A stretch of 64,000 bases of DNA from Mobula hypostoma (lineage: Eukaryota), in the NCBI RefSeq assembly GCF_963921235.1, contig NC_086108.1:90708001-90772000 (forward strand), given 5' to 3'. The stretch's first letter is position 1. Every line of letters begins with the position of its first letter. Shown in pieces: positions 24,549 to 37,324 of the stretch. The notes under the pieces were generated by a model. That model made no database searches. It worked only from the letters and a program-made list of their open reading frames with translations, and was not told where the DNA came from. Position numbers and translations under genes: made by a program.

Positions 24549-24616
24549 TGTTATACTTAGATGATTTTGTGTTCTCCGGGCATGCCAATCGACTTCTCCA
24601 ATATTCATCTGACTGT

Positions 24617-25110
24617 ATGTTGGAGTTGTATAAGACATTGATGAGGCCTAATTTGGAGTTCTGGTCACCTATCTACAGGAAAGATGTCAGTAAGATTGAA
24701 AGAGTGCAGAGACCTGAGGACCAGAGTTATAGGGAAAGGTTGAAGAGATTAGGATTTTATTCCCTGGAGTGTAGGAGAATGAGGGGAAATTTGACAGTGG
24801 TTATACAAAATCATGAGGGATATAAGAGTAAATACAAGCAGGCTATTTCTACTGAGGTTAGGTGAGATTAGAACTAGAGGTTATGGGTTAACAGTGAAAA
24901 GTGAAATATTTAAAGGGAACAAGAGGGAGAAGCTCTTCAGTCTGAGGGTGGTGAGAGTATAGAATGAGCTGGCAGTAGAAGTGCCAGATGAGGGTTTAAT
25001 TTCAGTGGTTAAGAGAAACTTGGATAATTACCTGTATGGGGAAGATGCAGGTTTGGCATGGACTAGGTGGGTTGAAGGGCCTTCTCTGCCATAGTACTCC
25101 ATGACTCTAT
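24617..25110 (+). mobile_element. Decayed CR1 3' fragment
   Basis: LELYKTLMRPNLEFWSPIYRKDVSKIERVQR..YRERLKRLGFYSLE. Confidence 0.8.
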
Positions 25111-25686
25111 AACTATGCCATTCAGCTACACACAGGGGACAATCTAAAGTGGTCAGTGAAACTATCAGCCCGCATATATTTAGGATGTGGGAAGAAACCA
25201 AAGCACCCACTGGAGATACACCAAGTCACAAAGACAACATGCAGCTAGCTCCACACAGTCAACACATAAGGTCAGGACTGAACCAGGGTCACTGGTGCTG
25301 AGAGGCAGTGGCTTTATTAGCTGCACCACCTTGCCACCCTTATCAGATTCTAAGGAGCCTTGGTAGGTGAGTGTTGAGAGGATGTTCCTCTGGAACTGTT
25401 GGGCAGAAGGGATGTCAATTAAAGATGAACTGAGGAGAATTTTTTTTTCACTCAGAGGGCTGTGAGTCTTTGAAATTCTTTCGTCCAGAGAGCTACAGAT
25501 ATTCCAAGATTGAGATGGATTTTAGGGCCATTGCTGAGTCAGGATTATAGGGTGCAGGCAAGAGGGTGTGGTCGAGGCCAACGAGGAGAACAACATGATT
25601 TAAATAAATATTGGAGCATGCTTGAATATGGCAGACCCCCAATTCCTTACCTCAGTGTTGCTATATCCAATCACCTAAACGTGATA

Positions 25687-25962
25687 GGACGGCGCAGTAT
25701 CATAGCATTTGCACAACGCTTTACAGCACCAGTGACCCAGGTTCAATTCCCACCACTGCCTGTAAGGAGTTTGTACGTTCTCTCCATGAATGTGTGGGTT
25801 TCCTCCAGGTGCTCTGGGTCCCTCCCACAGTCCAAGGTTAATTGGTCATTGTCAATTGTTCCCTGATTAGGCTAGGGTTAAATCGGGGGATTATTGGGTG
25901 GTGCAGCTCGAAGGGCCAGAAGGATCTATTCCATGCCGTATTTCAATAAATAAATAAATATA
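25687..25962 (+). mobile_element. Full-length tRNA-derived V-SINE
   Basis: tRNA-like head with B-box ggttcaattcc, V-domain gtgtgggtttcctccaggtgctctgggtccctcccacagtccaa, (TAAA)n tail. Confidence 0.8.
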
Positions 25963-28900
25963 AATGAATGATTTGATCATATGTACAGAGTATTAACTCA
26001 CTTGTGCTGTGTGAGAAAAAACTACTACTTTATGTCAAAGTAATATGATCATTGACATGTATTTATTTGAAGATGAACAGGCACTTGCTAATCATTACGC
26101 TAGTATCTGCCGTTGAATTTGCAGCATTTGAGAGAAATGTTACGTTTCAAGAGGTTGTTTCCAGTGTAAAACCTCGGCAAGGAGGAAGTTGACATGTGTG
26201 CGCAGAGCGAAGCAATGCTGTGGCACTTTAACCAATACGACAGAGCAGATCCTTTTAGATACATGCAAAATGTAAACCAGGAAACATAAATTAACATATT
26301 TCCTCAATTACGTCCATTTGTGTGGCTTTGGGAGTTGCTTTAGATTTGCCAGATAACATCATTGAGTGCTGTTAGCCTCACTGTGCAACACTCAGACCCA
26401 GCATCTACCTTACTTAAAAACTTCCCATTTGTTGTGATTTTTTTCTGACAGAACATAGTAGAGAAATTGCATTAGATTTATTAATTTATGTGACAATTAT
26501 ACAATTTTTAATGCATAAACTTTCAAGCTTTAGTTTAAGAATCTGCACCATTGATACTTGTTGTTTAGAAAATATCTTCCCTCCAGAGTTGTTTCTTTTC
26601 ATCAGTATAAGATTGAAAATAATGCGTAAATATAATGCATAAGATATACTAAGCAATACAGAAAAAAATGCTAACCTCACTTAAATAGCTCTAGTTATTA
26701 AACTATGACAATGTTAAGGTTCTTAATCATACATTGTATGTGTGTAACGTTAGCTAATCTCATGGAGAGCCTTAAGGATGTTTTATTGAACATTTTAGAG
26801 TGGCAGCAAGCCAAAATATATTTAGACTAAGTCCAGATGACACTTCAGTAATGAGGTAATGATTGATGATTGGTGTTTTGTTATAAAATCCGCCTTCATG
26901 TAGAGAGAAATACACAGCCAGCTGTTCTGCTAAGTTGTATCAAATTGTATTGTGGGATCTGATTAGTTGTATACAGGCTCTCTTTATTTCTGTTTCCAGA
27001 CATATCTATAATTTATAAATATATGCATGTTAGAATTTTTCAGTTTATTCCAGGAAGCTATTAAAGGAAAAATGTTTACTTCACTGGCAGAATTTATAGT
27101 TGCCTTTGGAAAACAGGAATGTATTTGTTCTACAAAATGCTCAGTAGGCAAATTGAAACAAAAGAGAGTGCCTTAATTAAATCCTGCTTGTAACCGAGAT
27201 GTTTCACAACCAGTCAAACAACCAGTCTCTTTTTTTATATACTCGGACAGAAACTATTTGAATTGATTACCCTGTAATGTAAAATTGATTAAAGAACACA
27301 GAATTTCATCTCTTATGTTTCAATCACAATGATGCTTAACAAAAAAATGTTGTGAGTTGCCAAATAAAGTTTAACTTTATAACCTGCACTATCAATAAAG
27401 GTAGACTAAAATGCATTGAGGATAACAAGAAAGAATAATAGTTTAAATGTATTCTTTCCTTGAAGTGTTGAATGAATTAATCCTTCTATTCGCACTGCAG
27501 ACATAGAAATCTATAACGCCCTTTAGAAGTGAGCCCAGGACTGACTGCCTGTGTTGTTTTATTCCTGGTCAGGAAATTAAAATTGATCATACCAGACACT
27601 GGGGAATATGTTGTAGTATCAGAGCTCAATCTGGTTAACGAGGATAGGGCATGGCTTGTGTTCCACTCAACTGTGCACTTACAGGTTACAAATATTATTG
27701 ATTGTGAAAGTTAGAGATTTCTGGGAGGTGGTGTCGTGATCTACACTATTGCACAGTTTTAGAGGGCACATTTGAGTGACCGCAAGGCATATAGGGCAAG
27801 TTATTCCAACACCTGGGAAGAGGGCTTTATGCATATGTGAACAGGGCTAACCCATCACTTAGAAATAATGAATGAAGTTGCGATAGGTTAGTTTATCACA
27901 GGTCAAGTAACTGCTGCAGGAAAGGGCTTTTTATTACCATCCTAGCTCAAAGAACTGCAGGAAAAATGCATTAATAATAGGTTTTAGCCTGGAACGTGCA
28001 TTGCAGACCAATGCCTGAAACTCTCAGCAATTTAATTTGGTATTATGTGAATTTTTACAGTAATAAGATAATTAAATTGTATGGCCATTTTAATATCAAT
28101 GTGTGTTCTCAGCGAAATGTCAAAGTGATGTTTTGTAGAAATTGCCCAAGTCCTATTTACAGAATCTAACCAAGTGAGCATTTGATACTGGCAACAATAA
28201 TAAAAGCAGTGCGAAAAAAGAAGTCACATATATGCCACTGTGGAATTGTCCTTTTTATCATTCAGTTTGGAGATGTATTTCCTATTCATTTCAAAGAATT
28301 GGACAGTTGTTGTTTGAGAATAAAACATATTTTGTCGTTCACCTTAGGTATGGTGAGAGACTACAAGGGACCCTAAAGATGATTTAACATGGTGGTGTGG
28401 GGGCGCTTCTGGTAAATGAATGAAAGGCAACACATCAGAGAAAAAAGTAGATGGTCTCATAATTACCATGGATAGATAAATTGTTGTCATTTAGGAGAAG
28501 CATCTATAGAGTTAGGTTAAATGAGCTGGTGTGAGACATTAATTAGTTGCAGTTAGAAATATTGAATGTACAACACAGAGCATGATGTATGTTCGGGCAG
28601 TAATGAAGAGATTTATAGATGAAGGGGAAACAATGCAAAGGAATTGTTTCATAGAACCTTGTTTCACAGAGATTTGCAGTGGGGTTGAGGCTTAATGATG
28701 GACTTATTAAGTACATAAATAGGTTGTACTCTTGCTTTATAATTAAAATCTGTTTATGCTTACCAGTTTTAGATTTGCCAGGAATATTTTTGCATTGTAA
28801 AATTTCAAATTGTGAAGATTTCAGTAAAAAGAACATAATGCCTAGAAATACAATGCAGTTTAATTCTTTTCTCCTTTTCTTTTCCAGATTTATTGTTAGA

Positions 28901-29519
28901 GTTATTTTTATTAGTTCATTCCATTTTCAGTGGGTAGTATCAATAAAGAAAAGGAAGGACTACCATTCTTGATTCTGTTACTGCTTTTAAACGGTCTCAT
29001 TTCTTCATTGACGTCAAACCTTGGATGAGTTATTAGTTCTTCTAGTTAAATAGTTCGTCATTGTGACTAACCCCACCACAAAATCCAAACCTTGTCATGA
29101 ACATTGTCCCTTTATCACACCTCGCATTGAATTGCAGAAGACTTAAGCAGAGTAAGCTGATGCTCGTTACCATGAAATGGTGCACGGAAACAGGCCCTTT
29201 AGTCCATCTCATCCATACCAACCCCACTTGTCTGCCTTAATTCGGTATCCCTCATGCCTTACTCATTGTCTCTATGCCTCTCAAATAGTCCTTCCGTGTT
29301 CACTGTCTGTGGTAGCAAACTCCACATACCAACTACTCCTTATGTGAAAAATTTACAATAATTATCTGTAAACATTCTTTGTCTTAAGAAGACATCAGCT
29401 CCTATGTCCCTTTTCTCATCACTTTGAATGCTTGATCCAGTTCCAGTATATCATTTCATGGTAATCTACCTTTCTCTCCCTTGGAAATTCCAATCACCCT
29501 TATCCCCAAAATGTATGTT

Positions 29520-29813
29520 TTTTATTTTATCTATCTATCTACTTTTAGAGATGCAGCACGGAATAGGCCCTACTGGTCTTTGAGCCGCGGCACCCGGTAA
29601 CCCCTAATTTAATCCCAGCCTAATCACAGGACATTTTACAATGTCCAATGAACCTAGTAACTAGTACATCTTTGAATTGTGGAAGGAAACCGGACAATGA
29701 GGAGAAAACCCCTGCATTCAATGGGGAGACTCATTACAGATGAAATCAGAATTGAACTCTGAACTCCAGAGCCCAAATCTGTAATAGCGTCGTGCTAACC
29801 ACTACACTACCGT
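29520..29813 (-). mobile_element. tRNA-derived V-SINE
   Basis: Reverse complement shows an A-box (ggtagtgtagtggttagc), a V-domain-like tccggtttccttccacaattcaaaga and a (GATA)n tail. Confidence 0.7.
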
Positions 29814-31039
29814 GGGACATATTCCTTATGAGCAGCTGACCACCAAACTGTCCAAGGTTCTGAATGAACCGATTACTGTCAGACCACCATTCCTCGTGTC
29901 AGCTATAATTTCCTCACACCTTCCCACAGACCATTTCTTAACCATCACACCTTCCTCCAAGATAACTTTATCTTCCCTTTTGAAAGGGTTGCTGCAATTT
30001 TCTCAATGGAATCCCTTAGACGGCAAGATCACGCAGCCACAGCCACTTTGTTTTATTCCCCACATCAGAAACGTGTTTCATGGCCCAGAGCTTTGCTGTA
30101 CTGCGGCAGGTAATTGACACAGGGATATGGAGATGCAGTCTTGCTTGATTGAGTTCTATAGAGTCCAGACTTGGCCTCATGAGTATGGTTTCAATTTGAT
30201 GATATTAATTTTTAAACCTCCAATAAAATAGAGCCAACCCAATTACTTTCCATCTGCCCCCCCGATACTTTAGATTTAGATGTATTTATTAATCACATGT
30301 ATATTGAAACATATTATGAAATGCATCATTTGCATTACCAATCAGCACAGTCTGAGGATGTGCTGGGGGCAGCTCTTAAATGTGCCACAAATTCCGATGC
30401 CAACATAACATGACCACAATGTTCAGACAAACAACACACGGCCAACTTATAACAATCAACTGCTGCAAAACAACCCCCCTTCTCACCCCCCCACCTCTCC
30501 ACGCATGCACATAGATAGGCCTCCAGCCCCAGGGCAGGCAACCTCCAGACCATGGACTCCGGACTTCTAGACATTAGGCCCTGTGACATCCAAATGCACC
30601 AATCTTGAGCTTCAACCTCTGGACTCATTGACCTCCAAACTTGTCGACCTCTTGGCTTTGAGTTCAGGACTAACTCAGACTTTCTCAGGCTGCTCCGAAA
30701 GGCACTTATCCTCAATGTTTAGCAGTCCTGATGAAATTTGTGGCCCAAACATCAACTGAGTATTTTCCTCCATAAGTACTTCCTGACCTACTGAGTTCCT
30801 CCAGTATTTTCCACGTTGCTTGACATTCCATCATCTGCATTTTCTTGAATATCCTCAAATATTCATCTCCAACGCATTTATAGTTTGCATCCTGCACTGT
30901 GTTGTTAGGAATCCCATCTTCCAGCTCTGAAACTTTTCCCCTTGCTTTAATTCACCTCTGAGATGAATCCCTTATTGACCACTTCATTATCTCAGATTTC
31001 ACATCTGCATTGGAGCCAAGATTACACTAAGATCCATGC

Positions 31040-31500
31040 ATGCCATACAGAATTTACCCCTCCCCCTTCTCTGTTTTTCCATTTCGCATTCTGGCTCCTT
31101 CTCTTCTCCTCATTTGCCCATCACCTTTTTCCTTCTCATTTTCCTATGGTCTCCTCTCCTCTCCTATCAGATTCATTTTTTCTTCAGTCCTTTACATGTT
31201 CCATCTATCACTACCCAGTTTCTCTCTTATGGTCCCTTCCCCACCCACCCACCCACCCACCCACCTTCCCCTCACCTGTCTTCACCTATTACCTGCCCAT
31301 TTTTTTGTACTCTTTCCGCTCCCCCCCAACTTCTTGTCCTGGTTTCTTCCCACTTCCTTTCCTGTCCTAATGAAAGTTCTCAGCTGGAAATGTTGACTGT
31401 TTATTCCTCTCCATAGAAGCTGCCTGACTTGCTGAGTTGCTTCAGTATTTTCTGTTGGTTACCCTGGATTTCCAGGATCTGAGATAATCTGTGTTTATAG
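31040..31500 (+). mobile_element. Decayed PLE terminal repeat
   Basis: Pyrimidine-rich pLTR body followed by gtcctaatgaaagttctcagctggaaatgttgact (decayed hammerhead); another decayed copy at ~30724-30850. Confidence 0.7.
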
Positions 31501-32075
31501 CATACACTACCTCTCACTTAGCAGAGCATAGGCTACAGGGCACCTGTGCTGCACTGGTGGGCTCATCACGGCGACTAATAGGACAGTGTGAATATCCACA
31601 CATTTCCCAACTCTTGGAGTGGGAGGTCTACCTGGAGTCCTGCCTCAGGTAATGGTGAAACCAATCGGGTAAATAGATTGGCAGGTGAAAGATAAATAAA
31701 GCTGATTATTTGATTTAGGGAACTTCATTTGAATATTTAACTTTGTTAAGTATAAGTTTTAATCAGGTTTTTAAAAAGTTTAATTTTTCTGATAGAAGGA
31801 ACTGGATGAAGCTGACATTCTCAAACATTAAACTTGAGTAGTAACTCTTGGCAGCTAGTGAGCCAGGGTGTGGGGTATCACCAGATATCAAATCTTTTCT
31901 GCTGGAGCAGCACACTGCTTGTGCCTGAAGCATGCTGCCTTTGTTTCATCAATGGCCTTAGAGCCAGATAGAGTATGAATCAGGCCCAGGTAACCCGCCC
32001 AACCAGTCCATATCAACCAAGACACCCAACTAAGCTAGTCACATTTGTCCAGGTTTAGCCTGTATCCCTTCAAAC

Positions 32076-32154
32076 CAAAGTTTCCCAACTGTTTTATGTC
32101 ATGGACCAACAGCATTAAGCAAGGGCTCTGTGGATCCCAGGTTAGGAACCCCTG
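32076..32154. mobile_element. 79-bp hAT-type MITE, copy 3
   Basis: CAAAGTTTCCCAAC...GGTTAGGAACCCCTG; TSD cttcaaac/ctttaaac. Confidence 0.75.
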
Positions 32155-32215
32155 CTTTAAACCTTATCTATCCCAAGTGCCTGTTCAAAAGGGAACAGTA
32201 GATCTGATTCATAAA

Positions 32216-32296
32216 ATGCACAAAATGCTGGAGAAACTCAGCAGGTCAGGCAGCATCTATGGAAAGGAATAAAGAGTCAATGTATCGGGCTTATGG
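32216..32296 (-). mobile_element. Very short PLE pLTR insertion with 13-bp TSD
   Basis: tctgattcataaa at 32203-32215 and 32297-32309 flanks cacaaaatgctggagaaactcagcaggtcaggcagcatctatgg... Confidence 0.7.
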
Positions 32297-33709
32297 TCTG
32301 ATTCATAAATTTTCCATTTCAACATAGTCTGTATCATAACTTCAATATATATGTCCTTATTTTCTTCCAAGGTCTCATCTGACCAATCCTTTGAAATTCT
32401 TACTACTCATCTCCTTGGTTCTTCCATTCCCAGCTGGTACATCCTGCAACTATTTCTTTCCAAACCTCTCTGGTTTACTTACTCCCTTGCCAGACTTGAC
32501 TGATTTCCCCTTTGAGGATACTTCCGTGTGCTTTCTCCACTTTTAGATCATCGTACTGTGTTCCTCTTCTAATGTATCCTAGTGTGCTTCAATATGTGAA
32601 AAGCACTGTGTAAATATTAATCCTGGTAGTCACGCTGTTGCTGTCAGTGGCTGGTAGGTCTGTGAAAACATATGTCTTTGTTTTTGTTATGTACCTAGTC
32701 TAGAGGGGGCATTTGATTACCAGAGGACACAGAGAAGAATATGCATCAGTGCCCCAAATAAGCTATTCAATGCAAAGTGCATGTTTGTGCTTGATCAAAT
32801 CAATTACTGGTGATGCTTTGGTAGATCACGTTTCCAATCTCCCATGTAGTTTTTTTACTGGCTGATCTGTGCCCCTGGCAAGATCTAATTATATATTGTA
32901 TGGCTGAAGTTAAGTGTGTGCTTTCTTTAATGGTGCCATCTGATGTATGGATGTTGACATAAGGTTTACTGCTACTATCCTAACAATTACGTGTACTAGC
33001 ATTTGATCTTTCGTGTGGTTTGAAATTATCACAATAATTTTTTCACCTTTGATGGTGAATTAGAAGCCAGGTACTGAAGACGGAAACATTACAATCGTTG
33101 GCAAACTTGGCCCTAGAACTGTTTTAAATATAGCAGTTAAATTAATGCAAAACAGAAGAGATTGCCTTGTTTTCCCTGTTGTCCATTATGACCCCTGAAA
33201 CAGTGGAACAGTTATGATGATCCTCTTGGAATTCATATAACAAGCAAGGCGATGAAGTTAATTCATATAAAAACCATGGCTTTTGGTGTGGAATGTCGAC
33301 TGTTTATTCCTCTCCATAGATGCTATCTGACCTGTTGAGTTCCTCCAGCATTTTGTATGTTGGTCTGGATTTCAAAATCTGCAGAATTCATTGTGCTTAT
33401 GCTGTCCTTTTAAAAGTGCTTTTAATCAACATCATTGATCTTTCAAATGATGATAATAGTTTAAAATATATGGCCCAATAGTTTTGCACACTGTGTAGCT
33501 TGTACTTTGTTAAATGCAGCAGTATTATGTGCCAGGCATGAGACAGAGGTTTATGTTACATAAAGCAATATTATTATGTCACAGAGTACTTCACACCATG
33601 AATAAGCAAATACCACAGCCAATCTGCAGTGTTGTGATCTTTCATAAAGCAATATGAATGATAACTGGTTGATTTATGAAAGATCAATGATGTTGAAGAC
33701 GTGGAAGTA

Positions 33710-34340
33710 CAGGAGGTACCTAATAAAGAGACACTGTGTGTAAGTTTGTGGTCTTCTGCTGCTCTAGCTCGTCCACTTCAAAGTTTGATGTGTTGTGCAT
33801 TCAGAAATGCTCTTCTGCACACCACTGTTTTAAGGTGTTGTTATTTGAGTTAATGTTTCCTTCCTGTCAGCTTGAACCAGTCTGGCCATTGTTCTGACCT
33901 CTTTCATTAACAAAGCTTTTTTAGAACATGAAACATAGAACATTGAAAACCTACAGCACAATACAATCCCTTTGGCCCACAAAGCTGTGCCGAACATGTC
34001 CTTTTCTCTCACAGAACTGCCACTTGCTGAATTTTTTTTTGTTTTTTTACACCATTTTCTGTAAGCTGTAGAGACTGTTCTGCGTGCAAGTCCCAGGAGA
34101 TCAGCAGTTTCTGAGATACTCAAATCCAGGATCAGCAGTTTCTGAGATAGTCAACCTGGTACCAACAGTCATTCCATGGTCAAAGTCACTTAGATCACAT
34201 TTCTTCCCCGTTTTGATGTTTGGTCTGAACAAGAACTGAACCTCTTGACCATGTCTGCATGGTTTTATACATTTACTGCATCATGAAATCCATTTAACTA
34301 GCAGTGGTACAGGTGTCCCTGAGAAAGTCGCTGCTGAGTG
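33710..34340 (-). mobile_element. Tc1-like non-autonomous element (same family as 8466-9566), with a CR1 tail inserted at ~33922-34000
   Basis: Reverse complement shares tctcagaaactgctgatctcctggga and aatggccagactggttcaagctg. Confidence 0.7.
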
Positions 34341-36155
34341 TACATGGAGCTGTTGGAACCATTCTCACTCACTGTTGACACTCACACAAAGCCTTCCTTT
34401 CACAGCTCCCCTGATGTTGACATGCTAGGAGGTTGCAAGCTGATCTTAAACAGCAAGGTGCAGTGTCATCACATGGGTGGCCCTGAACAAGCAATGCCCA
34501 TGAAATAGGTTAAACGACTAGCAAGCTGTCAAAGCTACACTCCAGGCTTTGCTGGGTGTGAATGTTTCTGTATTTCAGGGACGCCATTGATTTTAATAAG
34601 CTATTGGAAATCAATTAAAAAATGTAAGAATTTTACAACTTTATTCTTCTTCTCCAAATATTAGAAGAAATAAAATCACTTAAAAACACCGGAAACAAAT
34701 GTAAACAAATAAAAGGTATTCGAGCAGACTTGATGCAAAAAAAATGCCCATTATCGTAAGTTTGCCCATACCCTGCACTATTCAACTGAAAGCCCCATTC
34801 TTCCTGTCCATACCTTCAGTGAGCAGGATTTAGGGCTCTAGCACTGAACTCCAAGCACAGCACTTTGTTAGGTGACTGTTAGGAACTTGCTATCGGGCAG
34901 CTTATTCTGAACCTAATTTTTCCTGCCGGCTCAATTCCTGTCATGTGCATGATACTTGTACATAATTAATGTAGGGTGGTACTTCCAACTAATACTCGCC
35001 AGCTGCTGAAGATCGTAAGTGACACTGGTGATTAACAAACACCACTTTATCATTTAAACTTTTTGAGTGTGTATGATGCACAAGTGTAATTTCATTCAAA
35101 TAGACAAATCGGAAAATGGTAACAAAAGTGTGTGAATTTTGCTGTATAGGTAAGGGATTTACATTTCTTGTGAGTTATTAGATTCTTTTCTAATTGTAAA
35201 TGATGTCTATAAGTTTAGATTTCCATTGTCATTTAATGAAATAAGCATTCCACCTCAATTTGTCTTTGTTCATCACGGTGCCTGCAAGTCCACATTAGTC
35301 AAACAAATGTGATTACCAGTAAGGCACTCATTAAGCATGCATCACTTTTTATGTGAATTCAGGAGTAAAATGCTTTTTGTAAATGCATAAACATAGCAAG
35401 TTAAATTATGCTAAGCATGATGCGAATATATTTATATGACTTGGTGTAACTCTGGTGTGAAACATTGATCTGACTTGGATAAGCTTAGCAGTTAGCATTG
35501 TACTATACAGTGATAGGTGACTTGGGTTCAGTTCTGCCACTGTCTGTAAAGAGCTTGGACATTTTCCCCCTGACCACATGGGTTTCCTCTGGGTACTCTA
35601 TATTCTTCCCACATTTCAAAGATGTATGGATTAGTGGGTTAGTTGTTGACAAGGTTGTGATTGAGCTTCACAGGCTTATTGGGCTGGAATAACCTGTTAC
35701 AGTGGTGTATTCCTAAATAAAAAGAAAACTAAATAATGAGAGATCCACTTAAGTAATGTGTTTCCTTCTGGATTTATGCCTTTCAAAAGTTGGTTCAGGA
35801 TGTTGGACTTTCTTGGCAGTATAAATATTTAAATACATACTGCAGTGCATTGATTTACCAGACAGGAAGGAAATGTGCAAACGACGCTCATGCATCACAA
35901 GTTCTAAATGGTAGAAGATACGGAGGTGCTTGACAACCTCGATAAATTAATTATAACTTTTTAAAAAATACATTCTATAATGTTTTAGCCAATTTCTGAT
36001 AGTTCTATTTGTACAAAATTCATGTAAGGAACTGATGACAATTTCTGAACCAATTCAAGTGGTGTTTTATGATGTTATAATTTCAGAGAAAAGCTGAGGT
36101 TCAAGGGGAACATCTATCTTATATGTTTCTGCATTTTGATTTTGACAGCAATATA

Positions 36156-37022
36156 GAGTGGATTCTGGTTAATTTGGACACATGGCGGCTGGTGCATTTT
36201 GGCCCAGTTAAGCAGCTGCCCCATTTAGCTGAAGTTTCATGAATATAGATTAAAAGGTATAAGCAAGACTACCATTTAACAGAGTACAAAATTATGTATT
36301 TAAGTGAAATACATAACAAAATACATAATGAATTAGAACACTACTAATATAGTACAGCACTATAAAACTATGATTTTTTTCCTAAAAGGAAAAAAATGAA
36401 TTCCTTCATTTCTCGATGAAGGAATTCATCTAGTGTACACTGCCTTGCTATTTTGATTGACTGTAAATGAAAAAAATCAGTGTAGACACCTGGTGAAGAT
36501 AATGGATTGACTTCATACAAAGCTTTTGGTGATTGCATCCTCCAAATCTTCATTTTCATTGTAACATTCAATATTATTGTTGATACTTTCAAATTCTTTA
36601 TAGTCTTAACTTGTTAAAGAAGTGAAATCATTCCATTTTCACTCCTGGGTGTTTCTGGCATCTCTAAGCCCAAATGCTTGAAATCGCAGTGAGCAAAACA
36701 GTTCTGAATTGTCTTAATGCTTATCTCTCATCAACAATCAGTGACAAAAATCACTGCTTGAAGAACACAAACACATGCAACAGACACTATTTAAAAACTG
36801 TTTTCTCTAACCTCTGTGTAGTGTTTAACGGACACATGTGCACAAAACTGATACTAGTTAGAAACAGTTTGGCAATAGTTTCCTGTCCCAATTAAATGGC
36901 ATGATGTCCCAAGTAAACAGAGGGAATCCCGGCTATTTTCTTGATTAGTTTTTGTTCTTTAATAGTTTTCCCAAATAAGTGGCTGTCCTGATTAACCAAT
37001 TGCCCAATTAATCAGAATCCAG
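36156..37022 (-). mobile_element. Tigger/pogo-like non-autonomous DNA transposon
   Basis: TA|GAGTGGATTCTGGTTAATTTGG...CCCAATTAATCAGAATCCAG|TA. Minus-strand remnant LQAVIFVTDC**EISIKTIQNCFAHCDFK resembles the end of the pogo DDE_1 domain. Confidence 0.7.
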
Positions 37023-37216
37023 TACATTTAACAAGTGTAGAAGTCCTTTCAGATAGCCTGTATATTTGAGAAATAGTTTTTGCAAATTAGCAGTCTACAT
37101 CTGTAGGCTGTAAAAAAGATTATGGAAGTATCCTACTTGTTTTAAAGATGCAAAGGACTGAACAGAACTCATACTTTGTGCATTATCATTTAATGAAACA
37201 ATGTACATTTCAATAG

Positions 37217-37324
37217 GTTTACCAGAGCCAAATAGAGATCTCATCTTTGAAGGCTTAACAGTGGAACATGGCTTCTACACATCGAAGGAATTCCTGCCCC
37301 TTGTTGCAAAAGCCAGCAAAACAG
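37217..37324 (+). CDS. DPYD: Dihydropyrimidine dehydrogenase exon (equivalent to human exon 9)
   Basis: catttcaatag|GT TTA CCA...AAA ACA G|gtagaa; 108 nt; (G)[35 protein letters not shown](G). Confidence 0.97.

Noticed and set aside
35135..35155. AG|GTAAGG motif resembling a recursive splice site in intron 8 (similar at ~28341-28352)
   Set aside because: Weak polypyrimidine tract, the intron is only ~22 kb, and such motifs are expected by chance; would need saw-tooth nascent RNA data.
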